From the NCBI GenBank assembly GCA_002269645.1, contig NIVC01004602.1, positions 1 through 40,834 of the forward strand: a stretch of 40,834 bases of DNA, written 5' to 3'. Made by a program: the position numbers and the translations under genes. This DNA is from Macrostomum lignano. Taxonomy: Eukaryota. A model generated the notes under the pieces. It did not search any database, was not told the DNA's origin, and saw only the letters and a list, made by a program, of their open reading frames with translations. This document shows positions 24,228 to 37,000 of the stretch, in pieces (position 1 is the stretch's first letter; each line of letters begins with the position of its first letter).

Positions 24228-24536
24228 GGCTACGAGCGAGTGATCAACGCGCGGCTTTGTATCACCGCGCCGGCCTGGTCCGTCCAAGCGACCTGTTGCG
24301 CCGTCGGCGACTCCAGCTGGCAGGCCACATCATCCACGCCGAGTCGTACTGCCCAGAGCCGGTGCAGGAGGTGCTGCTGGCCCTACTGGCGGGGCAAGGC
24401 CCGCGCACTTGGCGTTTAATCGTCGACTGCATGCCTGCTGTGGCTGACGCCGGCTGCCCTGGATTCGGCCCTGAGGGGCGCCCTGTGACACTGAACTCGT
24501 ATTCTGTTGTTGTTGTTGTTGTCACTGTTGTTGTCA
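24228..24536 (+). mobile_element. Short 5'-truncated RTE-type LINE 3' end with (TGT)n tail
   Basis: Homologous to the 16.2-kb element (DLLRRRRLQLAGHIIHAESYCPEPVQEVLL; 3' end GGCCCTGAGG...TGTGACACTGAACTCGTATT); tail TGTTGTTGTTGTTGTTGT. No clear TSD. Confidence 0.85.
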
Positions 24537-26164
24537 ATAATGCAGCAGCGAAGTTTGATAATTACAGCTAACTTTAATCATAATACGTACTTTAAAAATG
24601 CCATGGCCAATTGTTTTCTTGAAAAAAGCACAGGGTTCTTAACTTTCAGTATTTGAAAAACAGTATCTTTCGATTGCTATGATGATGAATAAGTTCGTCC
24701 AATTGGTCGCAGGGTGCAAACAGAGATCGACGACTTTGTTCTTTTTGAGCGATACCCATGCATGCTTGGGGGCCATATAGAGAGATATATACGAGTATTA
24801 TAACCCAAACTTTATCTTTATTGAAAATTTCAATTTTTTTTTACTCATCCCAAACGGAGCTATATATAGTTCGTTCATTCCAAAGATATGCTACGCCTAG
24901 CTTTGATGTGCTTATTTGATTCTGAAAATTTGACAAACCATGCAGAGAGCAGCATATATAGGCCTCTAAATCTTTTATCAATTGATAATTAAGTAAATGC
25001 TTTTATAATGGTTTCATCTTAAAGCAAAATTTCTTTTTGAATGGTTACATTTTGTTCATACATGTAGTTGTTTATGTACTTCAATAACCATGTATTTATA
25101 TATATTTGCTCGCCAGGATTTCTTTGCTCTTTGCTTAAACTTACAGTATCTACTTTATACAATTTTTATCAAAACATCAAATGATACTAAGATTCCATTT
25201 CATTACTAACATTTATCCTGCGCTTTAAAGCTTTTTGCTGTCGCACATTTGTTTTCATGCAGTTTTATGTACCGGTCGCAAAAATTAAGTTTTGCGCAAA
25301 TTCAAACTTAATAATTTCGTAGAAAAGGTTCTCTAAAATTACGAATATAACGTTCAGCAAACAAAAATCGTCTCGCCAAAATCTTAGTTTAACTTTCGAA
25401 AATGCATTTGTGTAAATCAACTCACTTTTTTCGTATTGGTAATCAGGCTGTCAATCCTGTCATGCCTAAGCTATTTATTACTAGTACTACTAAGAATAAG
25501 AAGTTAATAATTATTAAATTCATGTATCCTTTCAAGTGATCGCAATTCATAGATAAAGGCAGGGTAAATTAGCCTTTACATAGGTAATGCATCTGTTATC
25601 TGTATACCGTATATAATATTGTTTCCATTCAACCCACTTTGGTGAAGAGATTTGGCAAACGTCAATTACAACGAAAAATACTGTTGCACTCTAACTAAAA
25701 CTAAAAGTTCGCCTTTGCCAAAGGCGAAATGGACTGCATCCAAATATTTTTTGCATTTCATTCATATTATAGCGGCTGCATTCCTGCAATTTAATTCAAT
25801 TCCATTCTGCATTCATTTCATTAGGTTCATTCATCATTAAATACTAAACCATTGCTTAAAATTTATGTTTGGACTTTAGAGTCAGAAATTTTGTTTACCC
25901 TGGGGGCTGGGGCCAGATGCCCAGATAAAGAACTAAGCTAATGGCTGCTGGCCATTAGCTTAAGGGGGAAATAGAAGAGAGAAAAGAGAAGAAACAAAAA
26001 AGATAAAAATCCCTAGACAAGGGCCTAGTCTAGAAAATGGGAATCATTTTCTATTTAGAATAGGGCCTATTGTAAATATTTTTGGTGCTATTTACCTAGT
26101 ACTATATAATAGTATTAGCATAATTATTTATATAGTAACTGAAAAAAAATTATAAATATTTCTA

Positions 26165-27159
26165 TGGCAATCCTGTTGTAGTTTTGTATATTACATTATT
26201 TTTGTTAAAAATAATAACTTTTAAGTAACCTTAAGTGTAATAAGGGATAGAATAGATAAAAAAATGAATTTAACTTATTATTGAGTATCTACTATTGTTT
26301 GAATATATATAAACAATGTTAATGGAGGTTAAAGTAGATAATAATGCTACACTAAATAGTACCTCGAGTGAGCCACTTCATAGAAGCTATTTCATCTATG
26401 GTTAGGGATCGGACGAGATCTCGATCTCGAGATCCGAGATCTTGGGGTTTTCTCAAATCTCAATCTCGACTTCATGATCTCGAAAAAATGTCAAGATTTG
26501 AGATAAAAATTAAATGTTCGAAAAAACATTTCAATCTATAAGAAGCATGCAACATCATATCATAGAGTTTGATGGTGTCAATGTCAATATTTTGTTTAAA
26601 TTTTGCATGTTACGAAGAATACTTTTCTAATTTAAGACCCTATTAACTAAAAAATAGATGATAAAGATAACAAACAAATTTAATATATAGTTTTGAGAGT
26701 TTATAGTTTTTATTTTAATATTAATTTACTTTATTTCACTTATTAAATATATTTTTTGTTCCACTATGTCTTGAATCTTGATCAAATCTCAAATATCTTG
26801 AAGAGGCCAATCTCGAATCTCGAAAATCTCGAAAATTCAATATTGTCCAACCCCTATCTATGGTTATTCTATAGACTATGCAAGTTGACAAATTAGTTTG
26901 CAAAGTTCTGTAGTAAGATGTTGCTTGGCCATAGGCATAATTATTATTGGGGCAGCAGGTCAGCTAGCTATAAATTGCTAGAAAGAAAACATATTCTTTT
27001 TAAATATCATAAAATATGCATTTAAGCAAAATTAGGCACTTAATAATATATTAAATTTGTTTCCTATTATCTATTCTATCATTTACTAAGCATAAAGTTA
27101 CTTAAAAGTTTTTATTTTTAACAAAAATAATTTTATAAGCAAAACTACAGGATTGCCCA
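26165..27159. mobile_element. About 1-kb non-autonomous DNA element with about 110-bp imperfect terminal inverted repeats
   Basis: 26165-26275 (GGCAATCCTG..TAGTTTTG..ATTATTTTTGTTAAAAATA..AACTTTTAAGTAAC..GATAGAATAGATAA) matches the reverse complement of 27050-27159. TSD not identified. Confidence 0.65.
26403..26856. mobile_element. hAT-type MITE, 454 bp, nested in the element above
   Basis: TIRs TAGGGATCGGAC / GTCCAACCCCTA; 8-bp TSD TCTATGGT at 26395-26402 and 26857-26864; subterminal ATCTCGA clusters at both ends. Confidence 0.88.
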
Positions 27160-30006
27160 TTTATTTTATATTTTTATAATGAGTTAAAACTAACAAAGCC
27201 AAGGGTAAATAAAGTATAGATAGGTATAGTTTATGATATATATTTATATTTTATATAGCTTAGTATTTGTTATTGAAGTGGGGCAGAGAAATGAAAATTT
27301 TCTCGGTGGTTGGTAGGTTTGACACCAAATTGGGGCAGTTCTAACTTTTGAATTGTTTGTAATGTTGAATTTGCAGAAATTAAATCCAAAAAATTGCATA
27401 GACAAACTCTAACAAAATTTCTCCTGTTTTTCTAGCTGCCAGGGTCCTCAATTCTGGGGGAGGGTAGTTTCAGTCGTAGGCAAGCAGTCTTCATTCTGCA
27501 TGAGCATTCAGAGTGGGTCCTTAGACACCAAAACAGATGTACATTGTATGCTTGACTTATTACTGCGAGTAGAGTAGCACTGCCACCACCATAATTTATG
27601 TATTATGGAACATTAAAGTCTCAGAGCTTCTTTAAATCGAGAACTTGGTTATTTTATGCCCTATAGACAAATGACTTAAGATAGGCTATGGCTCTTAATT
27701 AGGTATTTAGCAACAGAAAATAAAATAAATTAATGTTCATTTATTATAATTAGTAGGATAGTTAGTTATTGAATGTTTGGGTTGACTTGACGACAAATGA
27801 TACTGGGGGAGCCATGGTGCGAGGCTTTAAATTAAAGTTGAAAGAGACTAAGCTAAGGTAGAGTACAAGTTATGAGAAATGTATTAATGGGTATTATTAA
27901 ATGGAGCACTAGCAAAGCAGAGTATTAGCAAAAATAGATAGGGCTACTAAATAATTTGAGAAAACAAGAAGAGGGGAGAGGTTATAGAGTTGGGCCAAAT
28001 GAGGCCAATTAAATACAAATGGGGGAGCAGACGTTGGGCAAGGAAGTACAGAGTCTGGGGACAGGATGTGGACATGGGTCCAGAACATGGGGAGCAAAAA
28101 TCGCCGCAGAAAATCAAAGAGGAAACAAACAAAATCAGAAAAAGAACATGCAAGACCAGAAAAAAGGGTGGGAAAACCAGAACAGGGACCGAAATTCATC
28201 ATTGAACTGCACCACAGGATACACAGATTGGGCCCACAAATGGGGCAACAGCAAAATGGGGGGTCCAATGTCAGTCCATAAAATTTTTATTAGAAAATTT
28301 AAAATAATAAAACATCAGTGGGAGTTTGCACTACCACATAATTACTAATAATTATGCAATATATAAGGGTTTATAAGAAACAAGAATTGGACACATTTGT
28401 TTTTTAATTAACATTGATAATAGAATACAACTGATAAGCAGAAGAATATTTTTTATTCTGGCATATGCTTTCTATGATTTAGATTATCAGATAAAAAGCC
28501 TTATTGAATTAAGTTTCAAAAATCCACAGATGCACAATATTGATACTAAAAAAGTAGTCCAAATGTGTGATATTGGAGACAAAAGAATGATAAGTATAAT
28601 GACATGATTTGAAAAATTATAAAACATGGCAGAAAATGGCAGATAACAACCAATAGAAATATTTAGAAAGTAAAGTAAATATTCTGAAACTCAATAGCCT
28701 ACTCAGTCTTAAATGACAATTATAGTATTCCTGCAATACCATATGTGCATCATGTTTCTAACATTGCTACCTGTTAACTATGATATGCTGTAACATGCAA
28801 TACTACCCTGCTTTTCAACTTTAATTCTGTTGCACAATGTAACATTGCTTGCCTTTCTTGAATCCACAATGTGACATTAGAAAATGTTGAAAATGCAATA
28901 GACAGCCATCTACAGTTTGTTAACTTTTCTAATAAAGATAAGAGGAGACAGATAAGATATAGTAATACGATAAGATAAGAGATTGTAGTGGTTATAGTGG
29001 AACTCTATAGAGAAGTAGCAAGTAGTTCTTATTTGTTTCTTTGATCTATATATACTAATTGATAAATATAGCATTTTCATATCTATTAGGCCTGTTTTAT
29101 TGGTTTTTCTGATTCTTCTTAGCATATGCACAATAGAATATAGTCTAGGAAAAAAGTTAAAAAAATTAAAAAAATTAGAATGTTCTGTTCTGGATCATGT
29201 TTTGCACTGAGAAAATGTTTTAATATGTCTGTAGCTTTAAGTCCCATGTCTGTCAAATACTTATTGCAGGTAATAAAATAAAATAATATTTATAATATTA
29301 AAATGAATAGATATTATTTATTTTATTTTATTATTCAAATTGTAAGATATTTTGTTAGCAATTTATAGTAATATAGTTTTCCACATCTGAACTTGTCTAT
29401 TAGGATGGCTAGTTAATGGCTAAAATTATGGAATTTATATGTTGGATTTTGTTCTTTGCTAGTTTCTTAGGTAAGGTTTTTGGGCATCTTATCCATTTTA
29501 AAAACCTTGATTTTTTTAGAATATAGCTATCATAAAGAAAACACAAATCAGCTTAGAATTAAAAAGCTTTTAGTCACTGCTTATAGTTAAATTATAGTTA
29601 TAGTTATAGACCAATTATAGTTATAGACTTAAAAAACAGGTTGTCAAATTTAGGCAATCGAGTAAAACTTTTTAAGATTTCAACAATTGCAATATTAAAT
29701 GCTATTAATATAGTATTTATTGTTTATTTAATGATATTTAAAAGTTATTAGCAACAAATCGAAAAAACAGAAATGCCCAAAAATGGCTGATTTTCTAAGT
29801 AAGGGATTGGTGCTTCATTTTATAAAAAGATGGTACACTTGTATTGATAAAATTTTGCAATGCTAAACTATTAAATACTGCTGCTTCTGCTTAGAGCGGT
29901 TAATGTGGCTATTCATTTATTTCAGCTTAATTGTCATGAATTTATGTCATGAACTTAATTCGTGGTTGAATTCGCTGAGTAATTAGTCAACTAGAAATTA
30001 GTTACC

Positions 30007-32025
30007 ATGCTATCGCGAGGTGGTAAAAAACACCTTGGTTCAGGCCTTGGCGGCGTGAGCATCGGCATTGATGGTCGCTACATTCGCAAAGAATTGCCAA
30101 CAACATTTCAACAGCCGCCAGTGCCAGATTCTGCACTGATCAGTTGCCATGGTAACAGGCAGCGGCCTCTGATGCCTATTGTGCCATTGAATCATGTGAC
30201 TGCTGCGTCAGCATCAACCGCAGCCGGTGAAGATCTCCTGCCTCCCGGCTGGTCCATCAACTGGACAATTCGAGGCAGGAAGTACTACATTGACCACACT
30301 AACCGGACAACATCCTGGAGCCACCCGCTGGCTAGGGAGTCTCTGCCCAGCGGCTGGGACCGGATTGAAAGTCAAGAGAAAGGCATCTACTATGTCAAGT
30401 GAGGATTCTTTCCTCTGTATCAGCCGGGATTCTTTACGATGACTGGCCTGTCTAGCAACTGAGGATCTAAGGGGCTGGCCCAGGATTGAGGATCTGGGAG
30501 GCCTGCCTAGCAACTGAGGATCTGGGTCCTGGTAGGCTGGCCCAGCAATTGAGGATCTGGGAGGCTGGCCCAGCAGCTGAGGATCTGGGAGGCTGGCCTA
30601 GCAATTGAGGATCTGGGAGGCTGGCCCAGCAGCTGAGGATCTGGGAGGCTGGCCCAGCAGCTGAGGATCTGGGAGGCTGGCCCAGCAGCTGAGGATCTGG
30701 GAGGCTGGCCCAGCAACCGAGGATCTGGGAGACTGGCACAATAACTGAGGATCTGAGAGGCTGGCCCAGCAACTGAGGATCTGGGAGGGCGGACCACCAA
30801 GTGCTCATCTGGGAGGGTGACAATGGCCCAGTCTGCAGGTCAGAAACCCAAACTTCAGAAGTGATGTCATTTACTCTCCCACTCCTCACCACTGTTGAAC
30901 AGTCGAGTGGCCAGAACGGTGCAGTACCATCACCCCGGCCTGCCATTAAACGGTATATCAGTACCCACAGTAGCTCAGCAGAAGCAGCAAATGGCCGGGC
31001 CAAAACAGGCCTCCTGGTTGCTAGGCAGCGATGGAAATTCTCCTAGGCGACCGCCGCTGCCCGTTAGCGAGCCAGTGGAACCCGCAACTGTCACTGTAGA
31101 GTCATCTGGAGATCAAGCTGCAATTAAAAAGACAGGTAATTTGAATAAAACAATCACTTTTTATTAGGCAGGTACACATGCTTCAGTTTAGTTTTTAAGA
31201 ATAATTTCACCACTTTTCATGTTTCTTAGAAATATTCCGTACCTATCCATGTTTCTTAGAAACGATCTAAATTCTTATACTTTTCTCAAGATCTGCTAGA
31301 TTTTAGCGTTTCTTAAAATTTTCCAAGATTAGATTGTTTTTTGTTAGAATTATCAATGAATATTTGTGTTTCTTAGAATAGATGTTAAATTTTCTTAAAA
31401 ATCGTTTAAAATAATTAGTTTCTTAGAATCATCCTTAAGTAGTCATTTAGTAATAGCGCTCTAAAGTAAGCTGCTTTTCTCAGGAATTGCCAAATTTTGA
31501 GCGTTTCTTAAAAAATCCCTAGAACGATGGTTTTTTTTAGAATCGTCCAAAATGTTTCGCGCTTCTTAGAACCGCATTACGACAGACTACATCACATAGT
31601 TATGCATCATGCGAACGCGAACAAACTCACTTGGTTTCTTAGAATGGTATTCAAAATTGTTGGTTTTTGTTAGAATCGGCTCATTATTGTGCTTCTTGGA
31701 ATTGGTGTTAAATTGTTGCAGTTTCTAAGAAGGCTTTTCTAAGAATCAGCTTAATATATTCTAAGAAACCTTTCCAGACCTGGAGTCGTTTTTATCCGTA
31801 TACGCCAGAGCGCCAGCAGCCTACGACAATCGAATTAATTGGGGCGCATTCTCGTCTGACGAATTGGAACGCGCATCGGACCTGCTTGGCCGAATGGCTA
31901 AACAGGAGACCGAGTCCATTGTGGCGGCCTACGAGCGCTACAGGGTGGCGCTGATTGCCAGAAAGCGGGCAATGGAAGACTGCGGCGGATGTGCAGACTC
32001 GCATCGTTACTCGTCGCTGCTCTGA
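30007..32025 (+). CDS. sav: Salvador / WW45 (Hippo pathway scaffold); exons 30007-30398, 30903-31135, 31778-32025 (290 aa)
   Basis: N-terminal MLSR..GRYIRKE (SAV1 has MLSRK..GKYVKKE). WW1 [30 protein letters not shown]. Atypical WW2 [18 protein letters not shown]|[12 protein letters not shown] spans intron 1. [37 protein letters not shown]. Both introns are GT-AG with matching phases (2 and 1). Confidence 0.93.
30455..30787. repeat. GC-rich minisatellite, 28-bp unit CAGCTGAGGATCTGGGAGGCTGGCCCAG, in sav intron 1
   Basis: About 12 units; period 28 (30551, 30579). Confidence 0.95.
31215..31770. repeat. Degenerate tandem repeat (period about 29 bp) with TTCTTAGAA core, in sav intron 2
   Basis: GTTTCTTAGAA and variants recur at about 31222, 31251, 31369, 31419, 31562 and 31635; the reverse form TTCTAAGAA occurs at about 31723, 31737 and 31759. 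Confidence 0.7.
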
Positions 32026-32269
32026 TTACAATATTGTCCGCCCGGTATTTTCAGTTGCGCTCGTAAATTTCAGCTGGTTACAATAACAGCTGTTCTTTTT
32101 TATCGAGTTACTTTGTAAGCTTTCTATAAATATCTGCCTTAACTTACATTCCTTGGCGCTTTTGTCTTAAATATCGATCCAAAAGTCTCCCTAAGTCATA
32201 TATATCCCTAAATATTTCTAAATCCTACTTTATAAGGTATAAGGTATAATTATAGATCTTTCCAAATTC

Positions 32270-32860
32270 CACACATTTTAATTTCCCTAAACTCTACCCC
32301 ATAAATCTCTCAAAATTTCACATTTAAATCTCCCGAAATTTTACCCATATATCTCCCCAAGTTCACCTCATAAATCTCTCCAAACTTCACACCATAAATT
32401 TCTCCAAACTTCACACCATAAATTTCTCCAAACTTCACACCATAAATCTTCCCAAATTCCAACCATAAATGTCTCCAAATTTCCCCCCCATAAATCTCCC
32501 CAAATTCCAACCATAAATCTCCCCAAATTCCAACCATAAATGTCCCCAAATTTCCCCCCCCCATAAATCTCCCCAAATTCCAACCATAAATCTCCCCAAA
32601 TTCCAACCATAAATCTCCCCAAATTTCCACCCATAAATCTCCCCAAATTCCAACCATAAATCCCCCCAAATTCCAACCATAAATGTCCCCAAATTTCCCC
32701 CCATAAATCTCCCCAAATTCCAACCATAAATCTCCCCAAATTCCAACCATAAATGTCCCCAAATTTCATCCAATAAATCTCCCCTAAACTTCACCCATAA
32801 ATCTCCCCAAATTTCACCCCATAAATTTCCCTGAACTCTACCCCATTAAACTCCCCAAAT
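32270..32860. repeat. C-rich minisatellite, about 22-23-bp unit CCATAAATCTCCCCAAATTCCAA
   Basis: Tandem units downstream of sav. Confidence 0.93.
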
Positions 32861-33571
32861 TACACGTTACAAGAGCACAAAAAATTCAATCAGGTATTTA
32901 TTACTCACATTTCAGCTTTTTTACTCAATAGAAACGCTGCTTGTTTTTTGCTTTAATCTATAGCATTATTAGTAGTCTAATATGAATCTTGCAATAAAAT
33001 CTAGTCGCTGAATTTCTTCTAGTTCTGCTTCACCTTCTACTGCATAATAGTAGGAGTTTATTACATGTGATTATTATTTAAATATTATTGCTATACAATT
33101 TTATAATAATCTGCTGCATTCCATTTCTTTGTTCAGTTTTTTTATAACTACTTTTATGTGTACTACTAATAAGTAGGCAGATATTTTTGTCATTAAATTT
33201 GCAATTCTGCTATGCCCAACCGCTGTGTCTTAATGCCCTGTTTTCTTCGCTCGGTGATGCTAGCGCTGTCTGTCTATTGTTATTAAAGTGAACTGGAATT
33301 TTCTTTATTTTTTTCAAGTCAATATTGTGCAACAAGCAATCAGTTTATTTAGTTGACTATTCAATGTACATGTACTGTTTTAACTAAGTTGCAAAAATAA
33401 ACACGCATCTTGATGTTTATTGTTTCGGATTTTTGATTGTTAAACAGAGAATACTATTGCTAGTTTTTTAATGAAGTTTTTATTCAATTTTTAATTCAGT
33501 TTTAGTATTCGCGAATGTTTTTTTCGGGAACTATTAAGTGTGTGTAGGATGGAAACACTGAAGTTTAGTTG

Positions 33572-33880
33572 GGAAAAATGGACACACTGAAGGTCAGTTA
33601 GGGGATATAATTGAGCCACTGATGGTCAATTAGGGGATCGAATGGACACTGAAGGTCAATTAGGGGATCGAATGGACACTGAAAGTCACAACTGAAGGTC
33701 ATTTAGGGGATAGAATGGACACTGAAGGTCAATTGGGGGATCGAATGGACCCTGAAGGTCATTTAGGGGATAGAATGGACACTCAAGGTCAAATAGGGGA
33801 TAGAATGGACACTCAAGGTCAAATAGGGGATAGAATGGACACTCAAGGTCAAATAGGGGATAGAATGGACCCACTGAGGC
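33572..33880. repeat. Minisatellite, 30-bp unit GGACACTGAAGGTCAATTAGGGGATCGAAT
   Basis: About 10 units. Confidence 0.93.
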
Positions 33881-34085
33881 TCAGTTGGGGCGACAGAAAT
33901 GAAGGACACTGAGAAAATATTTAAAAGTTCAGTAAGATTTTGAGCAAAATTGTAAATGCGTTTGATTTCAATGCTTCAATTTATGTAAGGCCAAAAATTA
34001 TAACTCAATTTGGGTTCCACGCGGTACAAAAGGGATACCAAAGTGCCAGAGATACTGAAGTTGTGGCTCCCGGATTGGAAAGCCA

Positions 34086-37000
34086 ATGGAGGCTTGCGAT
34101 GCTGAGCTGCTGCATCAGCTAGGCAAACTGTTGGCCTTCCTAGGCGGCGAGGTTCGGCTCAGTGTAGGCGATTCGAGTGTGAGTAAGGTTGAGTCAGTGT
34201 GAGTAAGGCTGAGAGTGAGAAGGATGACTGTGAGTAAGGCTGGGTCAGTGTGAGTAAGGCTGAGAGTGAGAAGGATGACTGTGAGTAAGGCTGGGTCAGT
34301 GTGAGTAAGGCTGAGAGTGAGAAGAATGACTGTGACTAAGGTTGAGTCAGTGTGAGTAAGGCTGAGAGTGAGAAGGATGACTGAGTAAGGCTGGGTCAGT
34401 GTGAGTAAGGCTGAGAGTGAGAAGGATGACTGTGAGTAAGGCTGGGTCAGTGTGAGTAAGGCTGAGAGTGAGAAGAATGACTGTGAGTAAGGCTGAGTCA
34501 GTGTGAGTAAGGCTGAGAGTGAGAAGGATGACTGTGAGTAAGGCTGGGTCAGTGTGAGTAAGGCTGAGAGTGAGAAGGATGACTGTGAGTAAGGCTGGGT
34601 CAGTGTGAGTAAGGCTGAGAGTGAGAAGAATGACTGTGAGTAAGGCTGGGTCAGTGTGAGTAAGGCTGAGAGTGAGAAGGATGACTGTGAGTAAGGCTGG
34701 GTCAGTGTGAGTAAGGCTGAGAGTGAGAAGAATGACTGTGAGTAAGGCTGGGTCAGTGTGAGTAAGGCTGAGAGTGAGAAGGATGACTGTGAGTAAGGCT
34801 GGGTCAGTGTGACTAAGGCTGAGAGTGAGAAGAATGACTGTGAGTAAGGCTGAGTGTCTGTCTTAGAGTCTGTCTGTCTGTCTGTCTCTCTGTCTGTCCG
34901 TCTATCTGTCTATCTGTCTGTCTGTCTGTCTGTCTGCTTGCCTGCCTGCCTGTCCGCTAGTCAATTATCCACTAAACACCCACCAACCAACCTCAGGGCC
35001 TTCTTCTCTCGGCGAAGCGAGCGCATTTAAATTTGATTCGCCCACCGGACAGTAAGCAGCAACAGTCGCCGTCTTCACCGCCCCTGATTGACTGGGCGCA
35101 GGTGCACTTCCCCGAGTCCTCCCTGACAGCAGTCTCGTCCTGGGATTCGCCATCGCATCCAATCGTCTGGCTCGCCGGGCTCGTTCGCCGACTCGCCGTT
35201 GGTTGCGCGAAAGATCCCTGCCTAGCCGAAGAGTGCCTCAATCCGCTGTGCGATGCCGTCTCGACTAAGATCAGGCAAATGGGCAGTGCGGATGCTACGG
35301 GTAGCCTGGCTCAACTAATTGTCTGGTTGGCCACCTTGGAGATTGATGATGATGATGACGCAATCGAACGGCAGAGATTAACTGTAGCAGCTGGCGAAGC
35401 TGCGCGCCGGAGGCTGCTAGAGATTCGATCGGAATTGAGTCGGTCCTCAAGGCTTGAGCTGTACCTGGCTCTGTGTTGGACTCGCCATAACTGCCTGCCA
35501 ACAGCTGCTGTGAATGTAACCGATTGTTGCCTGCCTCAGTCGGCTATTGACCTCGATGCTGTCTGGCCTGCAGCTGCTCGGCTCACTGCTCAGCAGAGAC
35601 GTCTGCTGGCCTGCTCTGGGCTGAAGGACCGGCGGGACCGACTGGCTGAACTGGCCGAGTTGAGCTGGGCGGATGGCTGCCGGCTGGATCGGCTGGCTGG
35701 GGTGAGGATCGGGCTGATGGGCTTTCGGGGAAGCTTTACAGGAATGTTTTAGGATATGGGATTTTTAGGGATATGGGATTTTTAGGGATATGGGATTTTT
35801 AGGGATATGGGATTTTTAGGGATATAGGATTTGTAGGGATATGGGATTTTTAGGGATATGGGATTTTTAGGGATATGGGATTTTTAGGGATATGGGATTT
35901 TTAGGGATATGGGATTTTTAGGGATATGGGATTTTTAGGGATTTGTGATTTCAGAGATATGAGAATTTTAGGGTATGAGACTTAGGGATATGGGATTTTT
36001 AGGGATATGGGATTTTTAGGGATATAGGATTTTTAGGGATTTGTGATTCTCAGAGATATAGGATTTTTAGGGTATGAGATTTTTAAGGATATGGGATTGT
36101 TAGGGATGTAGGATTTTTTTAGTGATATGGGAATTTTAGGATCTAAGCGTATGATATGAGGTTTTATGAGACATTGACTTTTAAAGTATATAGGATTTTA
36201 TGGATATTGATTGAATTTTTTAGATATGGGATTTTTAAGGATATAGAATTTTTTGGATATGGGATTTTTAGGGGTGTGGGATTTTTAGGGTGTGGGATTT
36301 TTAGGGATGTGGGATTTTTAGGGATATGGGATTTTTAAGAATATGGGATTTTTAGTGATATAGGATTTTAGGTTATATTATTTCTAGGGATATGAGTTTT
36401 TTAAAGATGGGATTTTAAAGGTATGGAATTTTAAAGGATATGATATTTTAGGGATATGGGATTTTATGAGATATTGGATTTTTTAAGTATATGAGATTTT
36501 TAGGGATATGAGATCTATAAAGTTTGAGACCTATAGTACGAAGTTTATAAAAGAGTGGTTCCTATACTACATTAAATTTAGAAATTTATTGATTCAGCAG
36601 TATGAGATGAGGATCCATCTGAGGATGAGGAGTCAATTGTCTGGGATTTTGATAATCTTAGATACTTGCATTCTAAGATCTGGGGATTTCCTTCGACTTG
36701 GCAGGAAACAGCCTTTGCTCTACTTAAAGACGGCGCTCCCGACTCGATTCTGTCTCGGTTATTCAACTTTGGCGAGGGCGAGGGCGAGGGCGACCATTAC
36801 TTCGCCGAGGCGGCCCAACGCGCCATCGATAGTCAGTGGCGCCGATTGGGCGCCTTCGCTAGCGTGCAGCGCGCCGTTGACTGGGCTCTGCGGCGGCGAG
36901 ACTGCGGCGACTCCGCCGATGGTCTGGACGGCGAATCGACGAGTCGGCGAAAGCGACTTCGAGACGATCGGCTGGTCAGGGCGAGGGATTACTGCTCGGC

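Noticed and set aside
24215-24550. TSD for the second RTE fragment
   Set aside because: No direct repeat longer than about 4 bp was found at the two junctions.
24676-24760. C/D snoRNA suggested by ATGATGA
   Set aside because: No CTGA D box or terminal stem at a suitable distance.
25934-25975. Helitron 3' end or rho-independent terminator
   Set aside because: No CTRR about 10-12 nt after the hairpin on either strand, no U-tract, and the DNA is eukaryotic.
27909-28348. Overlapping ORFs in several frames
   Set aside because: Purine-rich low-complexity DNA with no domain or consistent splice pattern.
30467-31046. ORFs such as ([28 protein letters not shown])n
   Set aside because: Translation of the 28-bp sav intron minisatellite.
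32310-32794. (GDLWLEFGEIYGWNLGRFMV)n ORFs, and similar ones at 33.7 and 38.8-39.6 kb
   Set aside because: Minisatellite translations.
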